A stretch of 64,000 bases of DNA, taken from NCBI GenBank assembly GCA_964016885.1, contig OZ024748.1, positions 16,616,001 through 16,680,000 of the forward strand, in the 5' to 3' direction. This document shows positions 1 through 13,732 of this stretch, piece after piece. The DNA is from Eledone cirrhosa. Taxonomy: Eukaryota. How positions within the stretch are numbered: the first letter of the stretch is position 1; each line of letters starts with the position of its first letter. The notes beneath the pieces were generated by a model. It did not search any database and was not told the DNA's origin. It saw only the letters and a list, made by a program, of their open reading frames with translations. Made by a program: the position numbers and the translations under genes.

Positions 1-896
1 AGGCTGTTATTGCTACTGCACCTGTTGCTGCTGTTGAACCAGTTGCTGCAGCTGAAGCTATTATTGGTGCTTCTATTGTTACATCAGTTATATACCATAG
101 ATAATTCTACAGCTTCTGCTGCTGAGCCTGTTATTGCTCATACAGCTGTTGATTCTGCTGCAGCTGCTGAGCCTGTTATTGCTCATACAGCTGTTGGTTC
201 TGCTGCAGATGCTGTTTCTGATGCATCTGTTACTGTTGCATCTGTTAGTACTGAAGCTATTATTGTTGTTGCTGCTGCTGCAGCTGTTTGAGCTATTGCT
301 ACAGCTGCTATTGCTGTTGTTGTATCTGTTATATACCATAGATAATTATTCCCACTTATTAAATATAACATAACTATAATTACTAATGAACCTGCAACAA
401 GAAGATTAATTAATAATATAGCTGTTATTGTGAAAGATGTTTTGTTTTGTTGCCTTTCAATGGATTTAATGAACTTAGAATTTTTTAGTATAAAACCCTC
501 GTAAGACAATGTTCACAATTATCTTTACATGGATATTCAAAAAGAAATGGAAATTCTCAAGAGGTTCATAACTCTGGAGCTGTGATAAGAACAATGCTTC
601 ATATCCTCAAGTAGATAGCACCAAGTTAATGGCAAATTTATAAATGCTACAGGAAATCAATACATAGATATAGAATTTTTAAAAGTAAATGTTAATTTAA
701 AGTGGGTTGGAGTGCTGGGGCCCATAAAATGCACCCAGTCCTCCCTGTAAAGTGGGTGTGCTGGTACCATGATAAAATGTACATAATTTTATATAAGAAC
801 TATATGACAAGTTACTATCTTACTAGTGAAATAATAATTTCAGAAAATCCTTCAACATTCTTCATTAGTTAATCAAATTAGATTGTGTATCATTAG

Positions 897-1180
897 TGGT
901 GGTGGATGGCCTAGGGGTGTGTTGGACTTAAGCACATAATATCGTGGATTCAATCCTTGGGCTGGGTTATGTGTTATGTGCACTTGAGCAGAACACATCA
1001 TTTTAAGTGGCTCCAGTATACTCAGCTAAAAATGAGTACCAGCAATAGTTGGGAGTTTAACCCTGCAATAGACTAGTGCTCTGTCCAGGGGGAAGTCTTG
1101 TACTCTCAGTCACTTAACACCACAAAAACTGGGAAAAGTACTGTCCTGATGAACCTCTAGGCTCGAGACAGACTGTAAAC
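897..1180 (+). mobile_element. tRNA-derived SINE family A
   Basis: A/B-box-like head (GGATTCAATCC) and central CTTGAGCAGAACAC...CTCCAGTATACTCAGCT shared with the 18137 and 37715 copies. Confidence 0.75.
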
Positions 1181-1300
1181 ATTATTTTTTACTATATCAG
1201 TCCAAATATGGCCACAAAAAGCATTTGGCTTTCTGAATGGTATGCCTAATTTCAAAATTAGCCTTGAATTTTTTAGTAGTGCAGCCTGCCATATGAAGAT

Positions 1301-1640
1301 CCACATCCTATGTGGCCCACCTTATGATGAACCACATCCTATGTGGCCCACCTTATGATGAACCACATCCTATGTGGCCCACCTTATGATGAACCACATC
1401 CTATGTGGCCCACCTTATGATGAACCACATCCTATATGGCCCCCGCCTTATGAAGAGTCACATCCTATGTGGCCCACCTTATGACAAATCACAATCCTAT
1501 GTGGCCCACCTTCTGAAGAGTCACATCCTATGTGGCCCACCTTATGAAGAGTCACATCCTATGTGGCCCACCTTATGAAGAGTCACATCCTATGTGGCCT
1601 GCCTTATGAAGAGTCACAAGTCACATCCTATGTGATCCAC
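1301..1640. repeat. 31-bp minisatellite (~10.5 copies)
   Basis: Unit CCACATCCTATGTGGCCCACCTTATGATGAA. Confidence 0.95.
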
Positions 1641-2455
1641 TGCTCGAAAAAGGATGCCTATGCCTGGTCTAAACTTAGTGAGAGGTGAGCCAGAATAACA
1701 AGTAGAAATTAGCAGCTTCTACATTATTCTTTCATTTGACCTCTTGGTTAACAAACATTAAATAGATTTTATTTGTTAACACAAATCATCTTTTATCAAA
1801 ACAAGTTGTTATTTCCCTGGAGTCTTTTTTATTAGTTCTCTTATCCATTTTACACTATCCCCATATTTACTATGTTCCTCTCTATGTGTGGAGGTTTTGT
1901 TTGCTTCAAAGATGAAAGAAAGAATTTATCCAGATTTATTTTATTCTCCTTTTATCTGACATTGTAGATTCAGATGTCTTGATGTTTTTATAATTGTAAG
2001 AAAGACAGACAGGTTTGTTGCAGTGACTATAGAAATATCTCTATAGATATAGATTTGTTTTCTCTTTTAAAGGTAAGATCAGTTCAGTCCCCAAAAATAT
2101 CTTGCTGTGATTATTTTGTTGTTCTATACTTTATTTTATATGTATTTTATATTTATATTATATTTTTACTTTACAATATATTTCCACATTTTGCTCACCC
2201 ATACACATATTCTATCGTTCACAAATGCTTCAAACAACATTATATTGATTTGTGACAGTTCTCACTGCCATGCCACCAAATGTTGAGTTTCTATTTTCTC
2301 TCATATCTTTATTTTTCTTCCCCTTTTTTTTGGGGGGGGGGGGGGGTAAGAATTTGAATCTAATTTCTCTGTTTATCAATATTAGTGTATTTTCAAGAAA
2401 TCTTTGGGAGGAATGTTTTATGTTTTTCCCTTTCCTTCATATATATATATGTACA

Positions 2456-2486
<31 letters not shown>

Positions 2487-2877
2487 GTATGTATATATAT
2501 ATATGTGTATATATATGTGTGTATATATATATTTATATGTGTATATGTATATATATATGTGTATATATATATATGTATATATATATTTATGTGTGTATAT
2601 ATATATGTGTGTATATATATATATGTATATATATATTTATATGTGTATATACATACATATACATATATATGAAGGAAAGGGAAAAACATAAAACATTCCT
2701 CCCAAAGATTATGTGTGTATATATATATATGTATATATATATGTATATATATATGTGTATATATATATAAGTATATGTATATGTGTATATATATATATGT
2801 ACATATATATGTACATATATATGCATATATATATATGTATATATGAATATATATATGTATGTGTGTGTGTATGTATA

Positions 2878-2911
<34 letters not shown>

Positions 2912-3281
2912 TTTTTTAAAGATGTTACTGAATACTAAGAACTCCAAATCATTCTGAAGACATTCATTAAATATACTTCTCTTCGATTTTATTTTATTTT
3001 ATTTTATTTACTATTCCACCCACTCCTATGGCTTCTACAGATGTCAATAAAATACAATTAACCAACTCTTAACTACTTATTTCATTTCGGAAACCAAAAC
3101 GAAAACCTTTACTTTCTGCTTTCATCTCTCTCTCTCTCTCTAGACCCCTCCCCCCACACACAACAGGCATCCTGCTAGGTCTTAACATGTCCCCACCATG
3201 TCTTTTATCTGACTCTCTATTCTCAATCCCAGTTCTTTTTGTTGATTCATCATTTTCTCTTCAGGTTTTTTTTTTTTTATT

Positions 3282-3320
<39 letters not shown>

Positions 3321-3411
3321 TATATATATATAAAGAGAAAGGGTGTCCCCAAAAATGCATACACACACATGCATATATATATATATAGACATATATATCT
3401 ATATATATATG

Positions 3412-3466
<55 letters not shown>

Positions 3467-3469
3467 GTA

Positions 3470-3500
<31 letters not shown>

Positions 3501-3705
3501 GTATCTCTCTCTCTCTCTATATATATATATATGTATCTCTCTCTCTATATATATATATATGTATCTCTCTCTCTATATATATGTATCTCTCTCTCTATAT
3601 ATATATATGTATCTCTCTCTCTATATATATATATGTATCTCTCTCTCTATATATATATATGTATCTCTCTCTCTCTCTATATATATATATATGTATCTCT
3701 CTCTC

Positions 3706-3759
<54 letters not shown>

Positions 3760-4366
3760 CACACATATATCTATCTATCCACACACACACACACATTTAT
3801 TATCATCATCATCATTTTACGTCCACTTTCCCCTGCTTGTAAGGGTGGGACGGGTCCTATTCAGCACAGCATCACTATCTATCTATACACACACACATAT
3901 ATATATATATTCTATCTCTACATCTCTTTGCACTGACATCCCACCTCCCTCTGCTAGTCCCCATGTAACACCACCTTTTACCATTTTACCCTTTTTATCA
4001 ATATTTCTATCACTTTTTTTTCACTTCTTCCTTTCCCTGCTGAGTAAGAAATTTGTTTTGCCTTTCTTCTCAATATTTCTTTTGTAGTTAGCTTTGATAC
4101 CAAAATCTCTCTCTCATCTATCTGTCTATCCACCAACAGATAGATTCACTTCTCTTCTATCATACAATCTCTTGCTACAGTTAATCAGTTCCAGCTTCCT
4201 CTGATCGTTTATTGGCTATATATATATAGGTGTGTGTGTATGTGTGTATATACACACACATACATATATATATATAAACATATACACATGTGTGTGTTTC
4301 TGCATCTGTCTTGTCATTTCTTGAACTATATCTGTGTATATGTATGTATGCATGTTATATATATAT

Positions 4367-4398
<32 letters not shown>

Positions 4399-4904
4399 TA
4401 TGTGTGTGTTTGTAGTTGTCTGAGTCTTGTCATTTCTTTAACTATATCTGCGTGTGTGTGTGTGTGTGTACATGTATGTATGTATGCATGTTACATACAT
4501 ATGCATGTATGTATATATGTATATATATATATGTATGTATGACAAAATCATTGAGATACACACAAAACTTCAAATACCTTCAAAGAACAGTTTACAACAT
4601 ATTCAAAAATTATTGTATCTTCTGTTAGTTGGCAAATCAACAGTTTCAAGCCATGTTCCAGAATATTTCACTTTCCTTAACCCTTCAATTATTTAAAAAT
4701 AATTTAAAATTTACAAGATTTTTGTAATATATTTAATATAATTATCTCTTTATTAATCCTTCCACTACTATATTTCAGTTGTCGCACTTTATTTTTACAT
4801 GGACACATGAAATATAAGATCTGTGCTTCACATATTAAATGGTGAAAAAATATTTCAGATATAATGGAATATGTATGAAGGAAAATGATTATTATTATCA
4901 CCAG

Positions 4905-5175
4905 ATCATCATCATCATCATCATCATCGTCATTTAACATCCATCTTCCACGCTAGCAAGGGTTAGACAGTTTTGTTCCGTTTGATGCGGGAATGGTTGG
5001 GAGACCGTGTCTCGCTCTCATGGAACTGCCTCTGGCATGTTTTCTACGGCTGGATGCCCTTCCAAACCCCAACTACATTTACAGTGTGGAGTGGGAGCCT
5101 TTTTACCGTGTCTCCTACACAACCACCTTACAGTGTGGACTGGGTGCTTTTTGTTGTGTCATCAACACTGGACAG
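4905..5175 (-). mobile_element. Short RTE-3'UTR-only insertion; similar tails at about 3800-3860, 10075-10145, 21950-21992, 31905-32055 and 39215-39365
   Basis: Homologous to the RTE 3'UTR (GGATGCCCTTCC, CCACGCTAGCA, (CAT)n tail). Confidence 0.75.
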
Positions 5176-5544
5176 AAATGGGAGGATGGGGTAGGGGTGG
5201 GGGTGAATATTAGGTTAAGAGGTGCCTTCTGACTGTAGGTTTCAAAATCACCTAATCTCATTCAATACAGGATTAAAAGTGGCCAAACGCACATGGTATA
5301 AATACATGAATTTATCACCCGCAACGACATGAAAGAGTTCTCGTCCACTAGAAATAGCAGTCCAACCTCTTGACATATTAATCAGCTCACAAAATAAGAA
5401 GCAGCAGGTATTTTGTTTTAATAAGATACTCAACGGATTATGTAATCTTATATTCAGTTTAGATTATCTCTAGTTTTAAGCTTTGATATATCTTAATGCA
5501 CACTTATGTGTGTACGAATATATTTCATTCACTTTCTTATAATG

Positions 5545-5576
<32 letters not shown>

Positions 5577-5837
5577 TTACCACCATTTCAGAGGGTCCGG
5601 GTAAATCTTTCAATCATATATTATTATTTGTTTGACCCGAATAGCTTGCTCGCTTTTTGAGTTTGTGGTTAATGGTTTAACTATCATCTCAGTGTGTTTG
5701 GCATTTTAACGTATGTTTTATTGCTCTAGTTCACTCGTATCTAGTGAGCGCTTGCCACACAATGGAAGATGTTTTTCACTAATTTCCACTAGCCTAAATG
5801 CGATTCTCGCTAATTTATATTTATATATATATATATA

Positions 5838-6511
5838 TGAATGAGACTAAAACAAAATATCTGGTAGAGAATGTTGAGAAGCCAGAGGGGATCACTAATG
5901 TAGGTGGGAAGCCACTGGAATTGGTTGAGGACTTCCTGTATTTGGGAGCAAAGATTGGGAATATGGAAGATGATGTGGTTGAGAGGAAGAGCAAGGCCTG
6001 GGCGGCGTGTCACAGCTTGAGATCAGTGTGGAAGTCGGACCTTCGTAGAGACCTGAAAATCCGCCTCTTCATTGCGGTAGTGGAGTCTGTGTTGCTGTAT
6101 GGGTCTGAGACTTGGACACTGACCAAGAAACTCACTCAGATGGTGGACAGGTGCTACACGAGAATGCTGAGGATGGCTCTGAACATTAATCAGTATACAC
6201 TGAGGATGAAAAACTCAGAGCTGTATGGGAGCATCCCAAAAGTCAGCTCAAAAGTGACACAGAGGAGACTGAGGTTGGCTGGACATGCTCACCGACACAT
6301 CCAGAGTTGACATTGCACTCAGTGCTCCTTTGGGAGCCCCTACATGGACACACTAGAAGAGGAAGACCAAGGTTAACATATGTTGATGCCCTAAGGACAG
6401 ACACTGGTCTGTTGGAGATGCAGGACATGGCAGCGATAATGAGGGACAGAGACCGCTGGAGAGAACTCGTCCATGGATCTCGGGAATTTTACCCGCCTTA
6501 GATAGATAGAT
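5838..6511 (+). pseudogene. RTE-like LINE 3' fragment, second family, (TAGA)n tail
   Basis: NETKTKY...VEDFLYLG...LKIRLFIAVVESVLLYGSETWTL...RRLRLAGH, a frameshift, then RRGRPRLTYVD. Ends in TAGATAGATAGA. Inserted in (TA)n. Confidence 0.88.
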
Positions 6512-6984
6512 ATATATGTGTATACAAAGTTTTTGTTAGATTTTAATAGGTTTGCATTTAAAGAAACAAAATTACTTTTTAGACGTGCAGTGTAAAATAT
6601 GTGGAAGCACTAACTACTTAATTCTATACCAAAGCAACAAGTAAGAAAGTTCCATTTTATTAATTTCAATCTATTCTTCTAAACATGCACTAGAAATGTA
6701 ATATTCTGTCAAATGTGAAGCTGTTCCAATGAGACACCTTCTTTATTACAGAGTACTCATCTCCAGTTTTAATAGTATCATTATTAAATAATACAAATAG
6801 TATTGTATCTTTCATTGCCACTATATTACTTATGACTTTTTGAACTAAACACAGTTTCATTTTATTGATTTTATTCTTTACTTTCTACACTGCACTTCAG
6901 AAAATGTAATTTTCATTTCAATATAAAACTGCACTGATGAGATATGCTTGCTTATATGATCACCATGTTGCCGATTTAGCTGTT

Positions 6985-7795
6985 ATTAATCCCATCGAGG
7001 TTAGCTTTGCCTTTCATCCTTACGGGGTCAATAAAATAAAGTACCAGTAATGCACTGGGATAATTGCTGGCCTTGTGCCAATAGTAGAAACAATTATTAA
7101 GTGACGGTGGATTGGAAGTATTGGTAAAGTGTCAGACGCCATGCTTCGCGTCATAGAGTTACGGCCCTTTACGATCTGAAGTCAAATCCCGCCAAGGTTA
7201 GATTTGCCTTTCATCCTTACAGGGTAGATAAAATAAAGTACCAGTAATGCACTGGGATAATTGCTGGCCTTGTGCCAAAAGTAGAAACAATTATTATGGG
7301 GAGGAGGATTGGCGGTATCGATAGAGTGTCAGACACAATGCTGCGCGGCATAGAGTTACGGCTCTTTACGTTCTGAGTTCAAATGTCACTAAGCTTACTT
7401 TTGCTTTTCATCCTTACAGTTTCAATAAAATAAAGCACCAGTAATACACTGGGGTTGATTTAATTGAGTTACCCCTCCCCCAAAATTTCTGGCTTTGTGC
7501 CTACAGTAAAAATTATTATGATAAAGGGGCAGGGGATTAGCAGTATAAGTAGAGAATTGGACAACAGGCTTTGTGACATATAGTTACATCCCTTTACATT
7601 CTGAGCTCAAATCCCGCTGACGTTAACTTTGCCTTTCACCCTTACTGGGTCAATAAAATAAAGTACCAGTAATGCACTGGGGTTTGTTTAATCAACTTCC
7701 CTTTTCCCTTTAAATTGTTGGCCTTGTGTCTAAATCAGAAACAATTATTAAGTTGAAAGGGCAGGGGATTTACAGAATCGGGAGAGTGTCGACCA
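6985..7795 (+). mobile_element. Head-to-tail array of ~4.5 copies of tRNA-derived SINE family B
   Basis: Repeated GGATTGGCAGTATCGG...GAGTTCAAATCCC...TTTGCCTTTCATCCTTACGGGGTCAATAAAATAAAGTACCAG...GAAACAATTATTA. Confidence 0.85.
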
Positions 7796-9158
7796 ATACA
7801 CATACACACATTATACAGTCACACTCATACATATATATATTCACACACACACACACAGTCACCCTCATACACACACATTATACAAACATACATATATATA
7901 TAGAGAGAGATTATAAACACACATACATACATTCACACACATACAGTCACCCACATACACACATTATAGACAGTCACATATATATATATACACACCTTAT
8001 ACACACATATAGTCACCCTCATACACACATACAATCACACACATATATACACATAGTCACACATATATATATACACATTATATACACATACACACATACA
8101 CAAACACAGTCACATATATATATAAATATATACACACCTTAAACACACAGTCAGTCATCCTCATACACACACAGTCACACATATATATATATACACATTA
8201 TATACACATACACAAACACAGTCACATATATATATAAATATATACACACCTTAAACACACACACACAGTCATCCTCATACACACACATAGTCACACACAT
8301 ATATATATAAACATTATAAACACACACATTGACTATAGTGTAAACAGCAACATCTCTCTTGTTTTATTTCATCCCTGTTGTGGTAATAACTAATGTTTGG
8401 GATTTGAATAAAGTTTGTCTTTCTCCCAAATGATTCAACATGGAAACTTCTGGTCATGAGGCAACCAATGAAAATCTACTTCATATCACATGACATTATC
8501 AACTATACTTCTGTTTGGAAGCTTTGGGGCATTTCAATGTACAGGTTGCTGTCATTATTTCGACAGCATTTGTTCTTGATTTGCTTATAATTTGTTTAAA
8601 CTTTTTTATCTATTTTTTGGAGGGGTATTTTCATGTATTTTTTTGTTGTTTTTTTTTTCTTGGTGAAAATGGGTCTGATTTATGTTTATTTTATTTATAT
8701 ATTTTTTGTTAACTTAAAGTTATCTCCCTTATTTCTGATTACCAAGTTACAACCACAGATCAACTCAAATGGGAACACAGTCAACCAGAAATACAGGGAA
8801 AAAAATATATATAGACAAAACAACAACAATAAACAATAGACAAATAATGATAATAAAATAAAAAAAAATTTTTTTAAATGGAAAACAAAAAATAGAAAAA
8901 CAAAAGTAAGGAATCTTTGATAGATGAGAATACAGAATTGCATTTGAACATTACTGAATTGTGCTTGAGTTGCCATCCCAATTTGTGATGGTGAACTGTC
9001 ATGATGTAAAACAACACACTCTCTGTTGACAACTTTGGAATATTCTTCAGCAGAAAGTTCTGTGAAAGTTGTTCAAATTCTGACAGCACTTCTCTACTAT
9101 TAATATACCTCACAGCTTCTACATCTTATTTTACACACTTTCTTTTCATGTGTGTGTC

Positions 9159-9314
<156 letters not shown>

Positions 9315-9341
9315 TGTATATATATATATATATATATATGC

Positions 9342-9386
<45 letters not shown>

Positions 9387-10509
9387 TGTATATATATATA
9401 TATGCATGTATATATATATATACACACATCTATATATATGTGTGTGTGTTGGTGTAATGGTACATGCTGGTCCGGCAAACCAAAGATGTGTGTTCGTGTC
9501 CATGTAAGTCAATACTCATCCTTTTTTTCCATTTAAGGGTTTTTTAATCATCCCAGCTAACAGACTAATTTCATTTAGTCAAATACAGCATAAGCACATG
9601 TTAATACCTATTTTCAAATTTGCTAGCTGTTTATAAACATAGCCTGCTTTGTATCTCCCTATTTATATACATACATACTCCGTCACAACCGACGCGAAGG
9701 GCTGCTTTCGGTTATTTGTCGGAGATTTCTTCATAGAAGCCTTTATTCTTATAGCTTGGTCTAATCGATTTTTTTTATATGGTTAATTATGCGAATTGGG
9801 AGAGGAAATGGTATATATTTTATCTGGTGATTCTATAGACATGTTTTATGATATATATATACATATATATATAGAGACAGGGAGTCATGTTCGATCAATA
9901 ATAGATCGTTCTTCGAGCTGATCGACAATGAAACATATGTAAGGTGTTATGACTCTTTGTTCCTTTATTCGTATACTATATATATATATATATATATATA
10001 TAATCATCATATATATATATATATATATAAAATTATAAATGCAAGGAAATAATATATATGCGACATGTGGAAAGATGGTGTGTTGAAAAGGACCTGACTA
10101 AACCCATGTAAGCATGGAAAAACAGACATAAATAAGGATGATGTGGTATATGATCTCTGAGTTCAAATCCCACCATGGTCAACTTTGCCTTTCATCAATT
10201 CGAGGTCAATAAAAAAAGTACCAGTCTAGTATTGGAGTTGATTCTTCCTTCATATCTCTTTCTCACTTCCTTTCTCTCACTCTCTATTCTTCTCCAAAAG
10301 AAATCTGTTGTATTCGGACGAGGAGAGGATTGGACCCTGCCAGATTTAAAAAATGTCCTCTAGGAATGCTTTTGTGATCTTGTCCATGGGACACGGCCAC
10401 ATTACCACTACACCCTAGGTTAAGAGCACATTACCCCTCCCCCTCCCCCATATATCAATACGGTGCCCCTCCAACCTCCTCAAGTGTTATGGGACCATGC
10501 ATGCAACTA

Positions 10510-10810
10510 CTATTTAATTCATTCACTTCTTTGTGGTGACATAGAACATTTCCATCTCACACAATCCAACATTAACTGCCTCAATTCTTCACCAGACAAT
10601 TCTGTATCTTCCTCAATGACTCTCTTTAATGTCTTGAGAGGTCTGCCACATTTGTGTTTCACATTCATGGGCCTCCATAATAAAAGTTTTCTAGCAGGTT
10701 TGTTGACTCTCATGACATGACCTATAAGTTGAAAACGCCTGACATGGATGGTTTGGCTAATGGTTGAGAAGTTGCTGTAGAGAATTTTGTTTGAAACACA
10801 ATCAAGAAGT
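10510..10810 (-). pseudogene. Degenerate RTE-like LINE C-terminal fragment
   Basis: RRFQLIGHVMRVNKPARKLLLWRP...GRPLKTL...LMLDCVRW resembles an RTE C-terminus. Confidence 0.65.
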
Positions 10811-10999
10811 TTGATTAAAAATTATGTTAATAAAAGGGTTAAAGTGTGCTTATTTATATCTGAACGCCTTCTGTCATAATTTTTTATAAGAACCTTTGAT
10901 AAATGTTCAAAATTTCTTATGTCATGAAAAGCCATTGACATTTTATGAAAATAATGGAATGTAAAATAAGAAAATATAAAAAAATGAAAAAGGATGGGA

Positions 11000-11275
11000 A
11001 AGGCAAGGGTTCTAGTGTCACGGAAAAATGGGGAGGGAGATTGTGCTATGTCCTAGTGTGCGGCAGCAATGTGGCTGTGCCCCGCAGACAAGACCGCAAA
11101 AGCATTCCCACAGACAATGGCCAGCAACACCCACTGCAACAGCCACCCCACCTCACAGGGTTCCTTCCTCAGACAGGCAGCTGACATTCCAATCTTGTGG
11201 AGGAACTCGGCAGTGCGGCGGTCCAAGTACGCCTGAGGTCTCAATGGCGACCGGTGTGAAGAGAAATTAAACTAC
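11000..11275 (-). pseudogene. CRE-clade non-LTR retrotransposon C-terminal (restriction-like endonuclease region) fragment
   Basis: The minus strand reads FLFTPVAIETSGVLGP/[frameshift]TAEFLHKIG...KEPCEVGWLLQWVLLAIVCGNAFAVL. This fits the CRE-type 'F.P.A.ET.G..G...FL..G.....EPRE...L.QR.S.A..RGNA' pattern. Confidence 0.7.
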
Positions 11276-11303
11276 AACTACCAACTTAATAACAAGAGAG
11301 TTA

Positions 11304-11508
11304 ACGAAGGAAATGTGGTAAGGAACCAGGTGGACCATAACGCACCAAAGTACTCAATACTTGAGGTAGTAGAGTGGGTAATAGGAACCAGTAAGACCCC
11401 GACAGCTGAGCTCAAGCCGTTTCCACGGCTAATTCTGGACTGAATTAGCCGTCCAGAATTAGCCGTCGAAACGGCTTGAGCTCAGCTGTCGGGGTCTTAC
11501 TGGTTCCT
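11304..11508. mobile_element. Penelope-like pLTR-type fold-back insertion with 15-bp TSD
   Basis: Flanked by ATAACAAGAGAGTTA at 11289-11303 and 11509-11523. About 60-bp inverted arms (11381-11440 / 11451-11510) contain GCCGTCGAAAC. A homologue is at 49721-49858. Confidence 0.75.
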
Positions 11509-12064
11509 ATAACAAGAGAGTTAGCTATATTACTAAATCCTCTAACACCAACACCATGACATACACACTCACACATTCTTTTATCATTTTTCAAAATCAA
11601 TTGTAAATTATAGATACCATCTTTCATTAGAAATATGCTAACAAAAGACCTCATCCATTAGTCTATAATTTCTGTCAATCACTGCCTTGAATTTATATAA
11701 GAAATAAGAAAATAAGAAAATGGATGAGAATGTCAGAACTTTCTAGCCTTTTAAGGATAGTGACACAGTTTTACTTTTTAAGAAAAAAAACAGAAAGAAA
11801 ACTAACACACTATACTTATATTTTGAAATTAAACAATGTAAACCATTAAATTGAGTGTATTTCAGGTCATGCGTGACAGCAACAAGGAGCTGTCAAAAAA
11901 TGATAATCAAATGTTACACTTTAAACTGAAAATGCGAAGAATAACCCCCACCCATTTCCCACCCACCTCCACCACAAAAAAAAGAAAAAAAAACAAAATG
12001 AAGAAAATAAGCATCCAAAATAAGTATTTTGATCTCAGAATTTTCTTATGTATATACACACATA

Positions 12065-12115
<51 letters not shown>

Positions 12116-12168
12116 ATACACACATATACACACATTATATATACATACATATACACACACATGCATAC

Positions 12169-12199
<31 letters not shown>

Positions 12200-12990
12200 C
12201 ATATATACACATATATACACACACACACACATATATACACACACACATACACATACATACACACACACATCTATATATATATATATATATATACTGTGTA
12301 TGTATATATATATATGTATATATATATACTGTGTATATATATATCATCATTTCATCATTTCATATATGTATATATATATATATATACTGTGTATATATAT
12401 ATATATACACACACAAATATATACAGACTTATATATAGATATAAACAATTTTGGAAAGGATTGATGTATTACTGTGTAGAATGCTGTGCATACATATTGA
12501 CATGGGTTGGACTTGTATTGGTTTTGACAATGACGAGTGTTCCAGTTGTTTGATCAACAGAGCAGCCTACTCTCATGACATACATTCACACACACACAGA
12601 CAGACACATATGCATACACATACACATTCACACACACATATACATACATACATACAGACAGACACATTTACATGCATACACACACATTCACACATACATA
12701 CATACATGCACATACACACTCACACATACACACGCACATTCACACACACACACACGCAGATACATACATTCACACATACAAACATACAAACACACATACA
12801 AACATACAAACATACATACATTCACACACACACATACATACATTCACACATACATACACTTACATACACACACACACACATTCACACACACATACATGCA
12901 CATACATACATAGACATACACACACACATACAAACATGCATACAGACACCACACACACACACACATGTATACATGCACACATATACACAG

Positions 12991-13030
<40 letters not shown>

Positions 13031-13479
13031 ACATATGCGCACATGCAAACACATACACGCATACAAACACATACATGCATACAAACACACATACACGCAT
13101 ACAAACACATATATACATACATGCACACACACACATGTATATACATACACATATGTACACACTCACATACATACACATGTATATATGCATGCTAAGACCT
13201 GTGTTGGAACTTTATTGCTTTTGACGAGTGTTCGAGTTTTTTTTTTTTGTATCAACTAACAGCCTGCTTGTGAAGTACATATACAGATAAATGTGCATAT
13301 GTGCATTCACACGTGTGTGTGAGGGGGGGGGGCATGCATATGCATGTGAGTGTGAAGTGGATCTCTGTCAATTCTGACAAATGTTCCAGTTCAATCAATG
13401 GAACAGCCAGCTCATGAAATTTATATGCAAGTGGCTGAGCATTCCAGACAGACAGACAGACAAAGAGACATATGGAAAC

Positions 13480-13690
13480 CCACTCACCCAGACATGAAAC
13501 CAGTCCACAGCAATATGGTAATTCCCCACTTACTGCAGCTGGTACTTATTTTCAGCAGAATATACTGGAGCAAAATGAAATGAAGTGTTTTCTTCAAGAA
13601 CACAACACACCACCCAGTCTAGGAATTGACCCCAGAACATTATGATCGTAAGTCGAACACCCTTACCACTAGGCAATGTGCCTTCACCAT
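13480..13690 (-). mobile_element. SINE family A (minus strand); further partial copies at about 38150-38300 (-), 39075-39215 (+) and 40440-40560 (-)
   Basis: Reverse complement of the family A head and core (GAAATGAAGTGTTTTCTTCAAGAACACAAC). Confidence 0.7.
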
Positions 13691-13732
13691 ATTGACCAAA
13701 GTACTGGTACTTAATTTATGAATTCCAGACTT

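Noticed and set aside
1-350. Ala/Val-rich ORF with AAEPVIAHTAV repeats
   Set aside because: Degenerate (GCT/GTT)n low-complexity DNA with a 45-bp duplication and stops nearby. A truncated exon cannot be fully excluded at the window edge.
8874-9113. 79-aa non-repetitive ORF as a possible host exon
   Set aside because: No recognisable domain, convincing splice sites or partner exons.
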